This document shows, one piece after another, positions 9,142 to 18,696 of a stretch of 34,603 nt of DNA. Both the position numbers and the translations under genes were made by a program. The DNA comes from Candidatus Woesearchaeota archaeon (GTDB lineage Archaea > Nanobdellota > Nanobdellia > Woesearchaeales > WJIZ01), in NCBI GenBank assembly GCA_018221205.1, contig JAAOYF010000005.1:1-34603 (forward strand), in the 5' to 3' direction. Numbering within the stretch: position 1 is the stretch's first letter; every line of letters begins with the position of its first letter. The notes under the pieces are model-generated. The model searched no databases, had not been told where the DNA came from, and was given only the letters and a program-made list of their open reading frames with translations.

Positions 9142-9310
9142 AGGGGAAAGAGAGAAACAGCTCCAGGAGCTTAGAATGGAACTCATCAAATCCAACTCAC
9201 AAGTCAAATCAGGTAGTGCTCCGAAGAATCCCGGAAAAGTGAGGGAGATCAAGAAGAGCATTGCAAGACTATTAACTATAAGTAAGGAGGTATTCAAAAA
9301 GCATGAGTGA
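9110..9310 (+). CDS. rpl29: 50S ribosomal protein uL29
   Basis: ELRKMS...NPGKVREIKKSIARLLT. Confidence 0.95.
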   Translation: MKKHELRKMSKGEREKQLQELRMELIKSNSQVKSGSAPKNPGKVREIKKSIARLLTISKEVFKKHE

Positions 9311-9611
9311 GATTTGCTCTACGTGTGGACTGCCCAAAGAGCTTTGTGTATGCGAAACCATCGCCAAAGAGAGCCAGGAGATAACCATAGGCCTGGAAAA
9401 GAAAAAGTTCGGCAAGACCTACACGGTTGTAAGGGGCGTTGATGGAAAAGAAATCGACATCAATGACTTGACGAAGAAGCTTAAGTCCAAGTTGGCGTGC
9501 GGAGGCACTACCAAAGAAGGCAGAATTGAGCTTCAAGGCAACCACGCGCAGAAGACCAAAGAAATGCTGTTGGAATTGGGTTTTTCACCCGGCACCGTCA
9601 TCATCAGATGA
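9303..9611 (+). CDS. sui1: Translation initiation factor SUI1/aIF1
   Basis: CSTCGLPKELCVC, KLKSKLACGGT, IELQGNH; canonical archaeal position after uL29. Confidence 0.95.
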   Translation: MSEICSTCGLPKELCVCETIAKESQEITIGLEKKKFGKTYTVVRGVDGKEIDINDLTKKLKSKLACGGTTKEGRIELQGNHAQKTKEMLLELGFSPGTVIIR

Positions 9612-9850
9612 ACCCTTTACAGGCCGAGTACATCGGCAGTAAAGTAGATGTGTCCGGTGTACAAGGCACAATAGTGGATGAAACCAAGCATATGCTTATG
9701 GTGAAGGATACGAAGGGAGACATCAAGAAGTTCATGAAGAATGCTCACACATTCATCATTACCATCGACAATAAAAAACATGAAATTAAGGGAAAGGAAA
9801 TCATGATGAGACCAGAAGAACGGATTATGGTGAAAGGATGGAAAAAATAA
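9608..9850 (+). CDS. rnp1: Ribonuclease P protein subunit Rpp29/Pop4
   Basis: EYIG...GTIVDETKHML...RPEERI; position between SUI1 and uS17. Confidence 0.9.
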   Translation: MNPLQAEYIGSKVDVSGVQGTIVDETKHMLMVKDTKGDIKKFMKNAHTFIITIDNKKHEIKGKEIMMRPEERIMVKGWKK

Positions 9851-10215
9851 CCTCAATAGACGGCATTCCTCTCAGAGGAAGGACCTTTACCGGCACAGTG
9901 ATCTCTGCAAAGATGCAGAAGACTGCCACGGTAGAGTGGATCAGGAGAATCAAATTACAGAAATATGAGCGATTCATGAAGAAAAGAACAAGAGTAAAAG
10001 CGCATAATCCTGATTCGATCAAAGCTGTTGAAGGAGATGTTGTCAAGATCATGGAATCACGACCATTGAGCAAGACCAAACATTTTGTCATTGTCGAGAA
10101 GATGGGTAAAGAAAAGGGTTTCCAGCAACGAATGGATGCCTTAGAAGATTCCAAAGTAAAAGAAGAAAGGAAAGAAGATGCAAGCAATCCAAGCACGAAT
10201 AACGAAGGGAATTAA
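9838..10215 (+). CDS. rps17: 30S ribosomal protein uS17
   Basis: RGRTFTGTVISAKMQKT, KYERF, RPLSKTKHF. Confidence 0.96.
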   Translation: MEKITSIDGIPLRGRTFTGTVISAKMQKTATVEWIRRIKLQKYERFMKKRTRVKAHNPDSIKAVEGDVVKIMESRPLSKTKHFVIVEKMGKEKGFQQRMDALEDSKVKEERKEDASNPSTNNEGN

Positions 10216-10579
10216 CTTCGGCGCACGAATACCTACCTGCGATAACTCAGGTGCGAAAGTCATCAAAGTATTCGGAGCTAAAGGCGTCAAGACCGTCAAA
10301 GGAAGGATGGGCAGGTGCGGTGTAGGAGACTTAGTCATAGCTTCTGTTGTGAAAGGAAAGCCTGAAATGAGAAAGCAGACTGTCATGGCCGTCATTGTCA
10401 GGCAGAAAAAAGAATATCGAAGATTGGACGGAACCAGAATCAAATTTGAGGATAATGCTGCTGTCATCGTAAAGGATGACAAAGGAAGCCCGAAGGGAAC
10501 TATCCTTAAGGGAGCTATTGCCAAAGAAGCAGCTGCCCGCTGGGGCAACATCTCAAAGATCGCGAGGATAGTCGTATGA
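10178..10579 (+). CDS. rpl14: 50S ribosomal protein uL14
   Basis: CDNSGAK, AVIVRQKKEYRR, FEDNAAVIV, PKGT. Confidence 0.97.
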   Translation: MQAIQARITKGINFGARIPTCDNSGAKVIKVFGAKGVKTVKGRMGRCGVGDLVIASVVKGKPEMRKQTVMAVIVRQKKEYRRLDGTRIKFEDNAAVIVKDDKGSPKGTILKGAIAKEAAARWGNISKIARIVV

Positions 10580-10971
10580 AATCATGGAGCATTGCGTGGA
10601 AGGCAAGTACTAAGCCAAGGAAGCAACGTAAATATAGATATCTTGCCCCTACACATATCAAAAAGAGATTCTTCTCTGCCCATCTGTCAAAGGAATTACG
10701 GGAGAAGCATAATAAACGAAACATGGTTGTCAAAACCGGAGACAAAGTCAAAGTGATGAGAGGACAGTTCAAAGGCCATACCGGTAAGGTAGATAAGGTC
10801 GATATGAAACGGATGAAGGTCTTTGTGTCTGGAATTGAGCTGCAGAAAAAGGATGGCAGCAAATTGAATCTGGGCGTCGCCCCATCAAATATCATGATCA
10901 CTGAACTGAAGATTGATGATAAGAAAAGAAGTAATATCTTGGAGAGGAAGAATGGTAAAAAATCACCTTAA
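10576..10971 (+). CDS. rpl24: 50S ribosomal protein uL24
   Basis: KPRKQRK, LSKELR, KOW motif GDKVKVMRGQFKG. Confidence 0.96.
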   Translation: MKSWSIAWKASTKPRKQRKYRYLAPTHIKKRFFSAHLSKELREKHNKRNMVVKTGDKVKVMRGQFKGHTGKVDKVDMKRMKVFVSGIELQKKDGSKLNLGVAPSNIMITELKIDDKKRSNILERKNGKKSP

Positions 10972-11632
10972 GACCATAGCTGCGCCGAAAAGTTGGCCAG
11001 TGCAGAGGAAATCACGGAAATTCATCATGAGGCCGAATGCCGGTCCGCATAGTCTTACCCATGCTGTTTCATTGAATTTCCTCATTATCGAGATGCTGCA
11101 TCTCGCACAAAAGCGCAAGGAAGTCGTCACACTGCTCCATAACAAAGAAGTGAGGGTAGAGGGTGTGAGAAGGAAGGATCCTGCGTTTCCGGTCGGGCTT
11201 TTTGATGTCATCAGCATCAAGGATATCAAGAAGAGTTTCAGGATCATCCTTGACGGAAAAGGACGATTCAAAGCGATCGAAGAGAAAGGTGCGCAAGCCA
11301 GCCCTAAGAAAATCATGGGTAAGGCCCTCTATAGAGGTAAATTCCAGCTACGCATGCATGATGGAAGGACTATCCTGACAGACAAGAAAGACATCAAGGT
11401 AGGAGATAGCATCATCGTCGAAAAGAATAAGGTCAAAGAACATTTCAAGCTCCAGAAAGGCAGCCCAGTATTCTTGACAGGTGGAAGGCACCTTGGTGAG
11501 ATGGGGGCTGTCGAAGATATTGTGGGAAGAAAGATCATCTATAAAATCGGCAAGAACATCGTCCATGAAACATTACGGAGATATGCTTTTGTGACAGGAA
11601 AGGATAAGCCTGTCTTGAAGATTGAACAATGA
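10952..11632 (+). CDS. rps4e: 30S ribosomal protein eS4
   Basis: HLKTIAAPKSW, GPH, FPVGLFDVI, GGRHLG; start placed at ATG 10952 behind SD GGAGAGG. Confidence 0.95.
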   Translation: MVKNHLKTIAAPKSWPVQRKSRKFIMRPNAGPHSLTHAVSLNFLIIEMLHLAQKRKEVVTLLHNKEVRVEGVRRKDPAFPVGLFDVISIKDIKKSFRIILDGKGRFKAIEEKGAQASPKKIMGKALYRGKFQLRMHDGRTILTDKKDIKVGDSIIVEKNKVKEHFKLQKGSPVFLTGGRHLGEMGAVEDIVGRKIIYKIGKNIVHETLRRYAFVTGKDKPVLKIEQ

Positions 11633-12144
11633 ACCCGATGAGAAACGCCCGGATAGAGAAGATCACCTTGAACATAGGTGCAGGTAAAGACCAGAATAAA
11701 CTGGACAAAGCACAGCTGCTGCTCAAGCACATCAGCGGGATCGATCCGGTGAAAACCTTTACCAACAAGAGGATCCCTAGCTGGGGACTGCGGCCTGGGC
11801 TGCCTATCGGGTGCAAACTTACGTTAAGAAAGGAGGTTGCCTTTGAACTCTTGAAAAGGCTGCTTGAAGCAAAGGACCATGTGCTCCGTGAATCCCAATT
11901 TGACGGGACAGGAAACATCTCTTTCGGCATCCCTGAATATATCGACATTCCTGGTGTAAAATACGATCCTAAAATAGGGATCATCGGCCTGCAGGTCTGT
12001 GTTACCTTAGAGAGACCGGGCTTCAGAGTGAAAAGAAGAAGCCTGAAACGGAAGAAACTAGGAAAGAAACATGATCTGACCAAAGAAGAGGCAATGGAAT
12101 TCATGAAAAAGAGCTTTAATGTAAAGATTGGTGAATCAGGATGA
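11629..12144 (+). CDS. rpl5: 50S ribosomal protein uL5
   Basis: [37 protein letters not shown]. Confidence 0.97.
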   Translation: MNPMRNARIEKITLNIGAGKDQNKLDKAQLLLKHISGIDPVKTFTNKRIPSWGLRPGLPIGCKLTLRKEVAFELLKRLLEAKDHVLRESQFDGTGNISFGIPEYIDIPGVKYDPKIGIIGLQVCVTLERPGFRVKRRSLKRKKLGKKHDLTKEEAMEFMKKSFNVKIGESG

Positions 12145-12371
12145 CCTACAGCAACCATAAGAAAGTATTCAAACAGTTGAAAGCAAAACCGGTAAAACTG
12201 AAGAAATTTGTCAAACATAACTCTCCCAAAGAACGAAGCTGCGGCAGATCATTGAAGACCTGCCAGCGATGTGGGCGCATTAGGGGGCATATCGACAAGT
12301 ATGGCCTTGATGTCTGCAGGCAATGTTTCAGGGAAATCGCAACAAAAATAGGGTTTAAAAAATACTCATAG
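12141..12371 (+). CDS. rps14: 30S ribosomal protein uS14 (zinc type, N-terminally extended)
   Basis: CQRCG...[13 protein letters not shown]...GFKKY. Confidence 0.95.
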   Translation: MTYSNHKKVFKQLKAKPVKLKKFVKHNSPKERSCGRSLKTCQRCGRIRGHIDKYGLDVCRQCFREIATKIGFKKYS

Positions 12372-12378
12372 GTGAAAA

Positions 12379-12771
12379 ATGGTTTTAAACGATCCTTTAG
12401 CAAACGCGTTGTCGAAAATCGGCCAGTATGAACATCTGGGTAAGGCCGAATGTATCATCGAGCCAAGCTCAACCATCATCTCACACTGCCTGGGCCTCTT
12501 GAAGAAGTTCGGCTATATCAAAGGATATAATAAAGTGAAAGATGGAAGGAAAGAGCATCTTATCGTCAAGCTGCATGGAAAGATCAACTCCTGCGGCGTC
12601 ATCAAGCCACGATTTGCGATCAAGAAAGATAATTTCGAGAAATATGAGCAGAGGTACCTTCCTGCAAAAGATATGGGCATCATGATCGTGTCCACTGTCG
12701 AAGGGATGGTCGACCATAGTACCGCTAAACAGAAAAAACTAGGAGGAAGGCTCATAGCATACTGCTATTAA
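12379..12771 (+). CDS. rps8: 30S ribosomal protein uS8
   Basis: DPLANAL, INSCGVIKPRF, YLPA, GGRLIAYCY. Confidence 0.97.
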   Translation: MVLNDPLANALSKIGQYEHLGKAECIIEPSSTIISHCLGLLKKFGYIKGYNKVKDGRKEHLIVKLHGKINSCGVIKPRFAIKKDNFEKYEQRYLPAKDMGIMIVSTVEGMVDHSTAKQKKLGGRLIAYCY

Positions 12772-12772
12772 G

Positions 12773-13321
12773 ATGGCTGATAAAATTTTTACTGGGGAAG
12801 TCGCAATGCCAGAAGGCATTGAAGCCAGGCTAGAAGGCATGACCCTTATAATCAAGGGAGCAAAAGGAGAGGCTAAAAAGAATATCGAGAATCCTATCCT
12901 AAATTTCTCTATCAAGGAGAAGAATGTCTCCATCACGACTATCAGGGCCACCAAGAGGGAAAAGAAGCTCCTGCACACCTATAAAGCACATGTCAAGAAC
13001 ATGATCAAAGGATGTTCAGAAGGCCATCATTACCTCCTGAAGATCTGCTCAAGCCATTTTCCGATGAATGTGGCTGTCGCCAACAATCAATTTGTCATCA
13101 AGAACTTCCTAGGGGAGAAACACCCCAGGACATTGGCCATAAAAGAAGGCGTCACGGTTAAGGTCGAAGGCGATATGATCCGTGTCGAAAGCGTCTCAAA
13201 GGATCTGGCAGGAACAACTGCTTCTGATATAGAGAAGCTTACCAGAAGGCCAAATTTCGATACACGAATATTCCAAGATGGGATCTATCTCATCGAGAAG
13301 GATGGAAAAGTGCTAAAATGA
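12773..13321 (+). CDS. rpl6: 50S ribosomal protein uL6
   Basis: HFPMNV, NFLGEK, DTRIFQDGIYLIEK. Confidence 0.97.
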   Translation: MADKIFTGEVAMPEGIEARLEGMTLIIKGAKGEAKKNIENPILNFSIKEKNVSITTIRATKREKKLLHTYKAHVKNMIKGCSEGHHYLLKICSSHFPMNVAVANNQFVIKNFLGEKHPRTLAIKEGVTVKVEGDMIRVESVSKDLAGTTASDIEKLTRRPNFDTRIFQDGIYLIEKDGKVLK

Positions 13322-13890
13322 AGGACCTGCTAGAGAAAAGGAAGGAGCAGAAAAAGAAGAAGCCTCGTTTCATCATGCAGAGTGCCCATAAGCTGAAGCG
13401 ATTGAAGCAGAGATGGAAAAGGCCCAAAGGTATCGATTCCAAGATGCGATTGGGACTGAGAGGGTATGCAAAGATCATCAAAGTGGGTTATAAGAGCCCT
13501 GCAAAAGTCCGTGGACTGGATAAATCAGGATTATTGCCTATCCAGGTGCACACTGAAAAAGAATTACGCTCCTTAGACAAGACAAAGCATAGCGCGATCA
13601 TCGGCTCAACAGTCAGCCAGAAGAACAAAGTGAAGCTATTGGTGAAAGCCAAAGAATTGGGGCTGCATATTGGCAATGTCCGAGATGCTGAGGCGTTCTT
13701 CAAAAGCGTCGAAGAGGATATGAAAGAGCGCAAAGAAGCGCGGAAAAAACGCAAGGCTAAGAAGGAAGAAAAGAAAGAGAAGAAGGAGAAGAAAGACAAG
13801 CTTGCGGATAAGGTGCTGAGCGAAGAAGAGAAGGCTGAGGCCGATAAGAAAGAGAAGGATAAATTATTGACGAAGAAAGAGGCATTATGA
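13318..13890 (+). CDS. rpl32e: 50S ribosomal protein eL32 with charged C-terminal extension
   Basis: KPRF, WKRPKGIDSKMR, GYKSP...RGL; about 70-aa K/E tail. Confidence 0.94.
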   Translation: MKDLLEKRKEQKKKKPRFIMQSAHKLKRLKQRWKRPKGIDSKMRLGLRGYAKIIKVGYKSPAKVRGLDKSGLLPIQVHTEKELRSLDKTKHSAIIGSTVSQKNKVKLLVKAKELGLHIGNVRDAEAFFKSVEEDMKERKEARKKRKAKKEEKKEKKEKKDKLADKVLSEEEKAEADKKEKDKLLTKKEAL

Positions 13891-14333
13891 AACTCAAAGC
13901 TCAACGAAGGATAGCATCGGTCATCCTAAAATGCTCACCGAAGAAGGTGTGGATAGATTCCAGAAGAGATGAGGATATCAAAGAGGCCATCACCAAACGG
14001 GACATCCGTGGGTTGATCAAAGAGAGTGCCATCAAGAAAAGAAAAACCAACTTACAATCACGAGTCCGTGCCCGGAAGATGCAGAAGCAGAAGAGCAAAG
14101 GAAAAAGAAAGGGCCCTGGAAGCAGGAAAGGCAGCATCAATGCACGGGTGAGCAAGAAGGAGAGGTGGATGAAGCGCATCAGAGCGCAACGATCATTCCT
14201 GAAAGAGCTCAAGCAGAAAAAGAGCATCACCACAAGAACATTCAATGACCTATACAAGAAATCGAAAGGCGGCTTTTTCAGAAGCAGACGCCACATCACT
14301 ATCTATATTGACGAGCATAACCTGACAAAATGA
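13887..14333 (+). CDS. rpl19e: 50S ribosomal protein eL19
   Basis: QRRIAS, AITKRDIR, GPGSRKG, WMKRIRAQR, KGGFFRS. Confidence 0.97.
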   Translation: MKLKAQRRIASVILKCSPKKVWIDSRRDEDIKEAITKRDIRGLIKESAIKKRKTNLQSRVRARKMQKQKSKGKRKGPGSRKGSINARVSKKERWMKRIRAQRSFLKELKQKKSITTRTFNDLYKKSKGGFFRSRRHITIYIDEHNLTK

Positions 14334-14908
14334 GAAATCACAAAACCCGCACTGTTGCACACCGTAGGAAGAGAGAAGGTAAGACTGATTACCGCAGAAG
14401 GCTAAAGATATTGCTCTCTGGGAAGCCCCGGTTAGTCATCAGAAAAAGCCTCAAGGAAATAACTGCGCAGCTTATCACCTATGTCGACAAGGGAGACAAA
14501 GTCTTAACTACTGTGAGAAGCGGCTCGTTGAAGAAATATGGATGGCTGTATAATTACCGGAACCTGTCCAGTGCCTATCTTTTGGGGATGCTTATCGCGA
14601 AAAAAGCAAAAGAGCTTAAGATCAATGAAGCCATCTTGGACATCGGCCTGCATAAATCTGTTCCGGGATCACGAATCTATGCTGTCTTAAAAGGTGCAGT
14701 GGATAATGGACTGAAGATACCTCATTCAAAGGATGTTCTGCCTGTTGAAGAACGGATTACAGGAAAGCACATCGAGGAATATGCAAAGAAACTCAGCCCC
14801 GAGGATCTGCAGAAGAGATTTGGCGATTGTATGAAAAAGGGAGCAGATCCCCTGAAGATAAGTTCAACTTTCAATGATATAAAAAATAAAATCAGTGGTG
14901 CAGCATGA
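14330..14908 (+). CDS. rpl18: 50S ribosomal protein uL18
   Basis: RRKREGKTDYRRRL, AILDIGL, GAVDNGLKIPH. Confidence 0.97.
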   Translation: MRNHKTRTVAHRRKREGKTDYRRRLKILLSGKPRLVIRKSLKEITAQLITYVDKGDKVLTTVRSGSLKKYGWLYNYRNLSSAYLLGMLIAKKAKELKINEAILDIGLHKSVPGSRIYAVLKGAVDNGLKIPHSKDVLPVEERITGKHIEEYAKKLSPEDLQKRFGDCMKKGADPLKISSTFNDIKNKISGAA

Positions 14909-15675
14909 GCAATGTAAGAAAAGAACCTAAGAGATCTGAGGAGAGAGAAAAGGAGAAGTTGGAAGGGTGGAAGCCCAAGACGAGCCTCGGCAAGAAGGTA
15001 AAGGAAGGAAAAATAACCAGCTTAGATGAGATTCTCGATACAGGGCAGAAGATCCTAGAGCCTCAGATTGTCGAGATGCTCTTGGCTGACATGGAATCTG
15101 AACTATTGCTCATCGGCCAGTCCAAAGGAAAATTCGGCGGCGGCCAAAGAAGAGTCTTCAAACAGACGCAGAAAAAGACCTGTGAAGGCAACAGGCCGAA
15201 ATTCACCACCATAGTGGTTATGGGGAATAAGGACGGTTATGTGGGAATTGGCTACGGAAAATCCCGAGAGACTGTTCCGGCACGAGAGAAGGCCATCAGA
15301 AATGCAAAATTGAATGTTTTCAAGATCCGTAGGGGAAGCGGAAGCTGGCAGGATGATTCAAGCGAGCCACACAGCATCCCGTTCATGGTCGAGGGAAAGA
15401 GCGGCTCTGTCAGATTGAAATTGATGCCTGCACCCCCAGGAACCGGATTGTGTGCACATAAGGAAGTGCAGAAGATATTGAAACTGGCTGGAGTGCAGAA
15501 CATCTGGAGCAAGACCTCTGGACACAGAAATACAACCACTAACCTTATCATGGCCTGTGAGAGGGCATTGAAGAGATTGATGATTGTCAAAGTAGAGGAT
15601 CCCTCAATCGTCGAAGGGACCTATAAGGAGAACATCAAGAAAGAATTTGAAGCAGTATCAGAGGCAGAATCATGA
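14905..15675 (+). CDS. rps5: 30S ribosomal protein uS5
   Basis: WKPKTSLGKKV, GNKDGYVGIG, PHSIPF, PAPPGTGL. Confidence 0.97.
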   Translation: MSNVRKEPKRSEEREKEKLEGWKPKTSLGKKVKEGKITSLDEILDTGQKILEPQIVEMLLADMESELLLIGQSKGKFGGGQRRVFKQTQKKTCEGNRPKFTTIVVMGNKDGYVGIGYGKSRETVPAREKAIRNAKLNVFKIRRGSGSWQDDSSEPHSIPFMVEGKSGSVRLKLMPAPPGTGLCAHKEVQKILKLAGVQNIWSKTSGHRNTTTNLIMACERALKRLMIVKVEDPSIVEGTYKENIKKEFEAVSEAES

Positions 15676-16094
15676 AGATAGCTGTTGTAAGAGTAAGGGG
15701 AATGATAAATATCCGGAAGGAGATCCGGGATACCCTAGCTATGCTCAGATTGTACAACAAGAACTATTGCACTGTCATCGAAGATACTCCTCAGAACAAA
15801 GGCATGCTCAAGAAAGCGAAGGATTTTGTCACCTACGGACCGATCAGTGAAGAAGTCTTTAAGGAAATTGTCGAGAAGAGGGGCGAAGAGTATACTGGCA
15901 GAGACAAGACAAAGAAAATAGACTACAGCAGAAGATACTTTGAGTCTGACGGCAAGAAATACAAGAAATATTTCAGACTGCATCCTCCAAAGAAAGGATT
16001 TGGCAGGAAAGGCATCAAAGTCCCTTTCTCAAAATCGGGAGCGCTCGGTGACCGAAAGGAGAAAATCAATGACCTATTGAAAAGGATGATCTAA
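15672..16094 (+). CDS. rpl30: 50S ribosomal protein uL30
   Basis: AVVRVRG, TLAMLRL, FRLHPPKKGF, INDLLKRMI. Confidence 0.96.
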   Translation: MKIAVVRVRGMINIRKEIRDTLAMLRLYNKNYCTVIEDTPQNKGMLKKAKDFVTYGPISEEVFKEIVEKRGEEYTGRDKTKKIDYSRRYFESDGKKYKKYFRLHPPKKGFGRKGIKVPFSKSGALGDRKEKINDLLKRMI

Positions 16095-16520
16095 ATGAAG
16101 CGAAAGAAGAATAGCAGGCAGAGAGGGACCAAGACCCATGGCTGGGGCAGCATGAAGAAGCACCGCGGTAAAGGAAACAAAGGCGGAGCAGGAAAAGCTG
16201 GTACAGGCAAGCGTGGAGATGCGAAGAAGCCGAGCTATTGGAAAGAAAAATATTTCGGGAAATTTGGATTCACTAGTATCAAGAAGAAGATTTCCAGCAT
16301 CAACCTTGATGATCTTCAACAACAGCTCGAGAAGCTGGTGCAATTGAAAAAAGTCAGCAAAGAGGCAGAAACCTTTATAATTGACCTTGCCCAGGTCGGA
16401 TATGGAAAGTTATTGGGTAGGGGAAAAGTGTTGCATACTATGAAGATAACAGTCCAGGCAACATCTGAAAAAGCAATTGTACGAGTCAAAGAGCATGGTG
16501 GGGAAGTAATCGTCAAGTAA
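16095..16520 (+). CDS. rpl15: 50S ribosomal protein uL15
   Basis: RGTKTHGWG...HRGKGNKGGAGKAG, FGKFGF, KLLGRG. Confidence 0.97.
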   Translation: MKRKKNSRQRGTKTHGWGSMKKHRGKGNKGGAGKAGTGKRGDAKKPSYWKEKYFGKFGFTSIKKKISSINLDDLQQQLEKLVQLKKVSKEAETFIIDLAQVGYGKLLGRGKVLHTMKITVQATSEKAIVRVKEHGGEVIVK

Positions 16521-16521
16521 A

Positions 16522-17940
16522 ATGGGACTCTTGAAAAACATCATCTTCAACCTTCCTGAGGTCGCACCGCCGACCCAAAAGAAACTTTCTTTCAAGGAAA
16601 AATTAAAGTGGACCTTGATTGCTTTAGTGCTCTATTTCATCCTTGGTATGATGCCCCTGTTCGGATTAGGGCAGAACTCCCTTTCTAATTTTGAGTTTTT
16701 ATCCATTGTCTTAGCTTCTCCTTTTGGAAGCATCATTTCTTTGGGTATCGGGCCTATCGTCACTGCTTCTATTGTCCTGCAGTTATTGAACGGTTCTGGT
16801 ATTGTGAAATTTGATCTTCAAAGCCCTGACGGAAAAAGATTATTCCAGGGAGTGCAGAAATTGCTTGCTTTATTCTTCATCATCTTTGAAGCTATCATCT
16901 ATGTCATCATGGGCGGCTTGGCGCCTGCCCCTGAACTTGTGGGGACTGCCCTTTTCGGACAAATACAGATCATCCTCATCATCCAATTGATTTTAGGAGG
17001 TATCCTCATCCTTTTCATGGATGAAGTTGTCTCGAAATGGGGTTTCGGCTCTGGTATCAGCCTATTCATTGCAGCAGGTGTATCTCAAAGCATCTTTGTC
17101 CAGGCTTTCAGCTGGCTCCCTGGCCCTACTGGAGCTGCCGGTGTTACGTATTCTGTGGGAGCGATCCCTTCACTCATCCAGGCCCTTTCAGCCGGTGATC
17201 CTACCACTGCCCTATTGAGGGTGGCTAGCTTAGTGAGCACTGTTCTTGTGTTCATGATCGTCGTCTATGTCCAGGCGATGAAAGTAGAGATACCTCTCAG
17301 TTTTGGAAGGGTGCGGGGGCATGGAGTGAGATGGCCTTTGAGCTTCATCTATACATCGAATATTCCTGTTATTCTCGTTGCAGCGTTGCTCGCTAATCTC
17401 CAGTTATGGGGAAGGTTGCTGCAGAACTGGATCGGACCGAATATCTTTGGACGATTCTCAGAAGCAACTGGACAAGCTATCGGTGGATTCGTCTTCTGGG
17501 TGCAGAGTCCTAATGTTGTCCGTACCATCATTGAGCAACGGACATTGTTCTTCGGCAGCACTGTCTATATCCAAGCAATAGTGTATATGCTCTTCATGAT
17601 TGTGGGAGCAGTCATCTTCTCTGCTTTTTGGGTCCAGACAGCAGGCATGGATGCACGCAGCCAGGCTAAGCAGATGATGTCTTCGGGACTGCAGATCCCT
17701 GGATTCAGACGGGATCAGCGAGTATTGGAAAGTTTGCTCAACAGATATATCTGGCCTTTGACCATCATGGGAGGAGCGACTGTCGGGTTCTTAGCGTCTT
17801 TTGCGGACCTTACTGGTGCTTTGTCTAGAGGAACAGGTATTTTACTTGCAGTCATGATTGTCTATAAATTATATGAAGAGATCGCGAAGCAGCATATGAT
17901 GGATATGAATCCTATGATGCGGAAGTTTATGGGTGGATAA
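16522..17940 (+). CDS. secY: Preprotein translocase subunit SecY (archaeal Sec61-alpha type)
   Basis: KLKWT, LGIGPIVTASI, KWGFGSGISLFIAAG, YTSNIPVIL, IPGFRRD, GTGILLAV; multiple hydrophobic segments. Confidence 0.98.
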   Translation: MGLLKNIIFNLPEVAPPTQKKLSFKEKLKWTLIALVLYFILGMMPLFGLGQNSLSNFEFLSIVLASPFGSIISLGIGPIVTASIVLQLLNGSGIVKFDLQSPDGKRLFQGVQKLLALFFIIFEAIIYVIMGGLAPAPELVGTALFGQIQIILIIQLILGGILILFMDEVVSKWGFGSGISLFIAAGVSQSIFVQAFSWLPGPTGAAGVTYSVGAIPSLIQALSAGDPTTALLRVASLVSTVLVFMIVVYVQAMKVEIPLSFGRVRGHGVRWPLSFIYTSNIPVILVAALLANLQLWGRLLQNWIGPNIFGRFSEATGQAIGGFVFWVQSPNVVRTIIEQRTLFFGSTVYIQAIVYMLFMIVGAVIFSAFWVQTAGMDARSQAKQMMSSGLQIPGFRRDQRVLESLLNRYIWPLTIMGGATVGFLASFADLTGALSRGTGILLAVMIVYKLYEEIAKQHMMDMNPMMRKFMGG

Positions 17941-18695
17941 TGGTCTTTGAAAATCTTTTAGATCCGGTATTTCGTCCTTTATTGAGTCTTCATCCTCTTC
18001 TTGCTGTGGCCTTGGTTGCACTTCTCGTTACAGTCATCATCACCTTTGTCTATAAATTTACGACGAATCAGGATCTGATGAAGCGATTGAAGACAGAGAT
18101 GAAAGAGATGCAGAAGCAGATGAAAGAATTGCGGCAGCATCCTGAAGAAATGATGAAAGTGCAGAAGAAAGCTATGCAAAGTAACATGAAATACATGGGC
18201 CAGAGCTTCAAGAGCACGTTCTATACCATATTGCCCATCATTATCATCTTTTCATGGATGAGCGCTCATTTTGCGTTTGATCCTCTCTTGCCTGAAGAGC
18301 AATTCCAAGTCACTTTGGATTTTGCCAAAGGCACTAGTGGGAGCGTCATTATCGAAGCCCCTCAAGGTGTTGAGATCGTCGGAGATTCGTATCAGGAGAT
18401 TACGAATAATCGTGCCGTCTTCACACTCAGAGGAGAGGAAGGCAGCTATATCGAAGGCGAGAGCCTGAAATTCGAGTATGAAGGGAAGATCTTCTTCAAA
18501 GATGTCATCATCAGCAACTCTCAAGATTATGCTCCTAAAGAGGAGCGTATCAAGAATAGTGCCCTGAAGACCATCTCATTGAGCAATCAAAAGAAAATCA
18601 TCCTGCCTATCTTGGGATGGGGTTGGTTAGGGGCGTATATCATCTTCTCTATCGTATTCAGCATGGGTTTACGAAAAATGCTGAAGGTCTATTAG
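17940..18695 (+). CDS. DUF106 / EMC3-TMCO1 (Oxa1 superfamily) membrane protein with a large extracytoplasmic insert
   Basis: TM1, Met-rich coiled coil, TM2 (FYTILPIIIIFSW), long loop, TM3 (WLGAYIIFSIVFS...RK); conserved position after secY. Confidence 0.85.
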   Translation: MVFENLLDPVFRPLLSLHPLLAVALVALLVTVIITFVYKFTTNQDLMKRLKTEMKEMQKQMKELRQHPEEMMKVQKKAMQSNMKYMGQSFKSTFYTILPIIIIFSWMSAHFAFDPLLPEEQFQVTLDFAKGTSGSVIIEAPQGVEIVGDSYQEITNNRAVFTLRGEEGSYIEGESLKFEYEGKIFFKDVIISNSQDYAPKEERIKNSALKTISLSNQKKIILPILGWGWLGAYIIFSIVFSMGLRKMLKVY

Positions 18696-18696
18696 C

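Noticed and set aside
10913..10951. Longer start for eS4
   Set aside because: It overlaps rpl24 deeply; ATG 10952 has an SD and gives the normal N-terminus
13720..13880. Purine-rich AAG/GAA repeats as a DNA repeat element
   Set aside because: They simply encode the K/E-rich eL32 tail; no exact tandem unit
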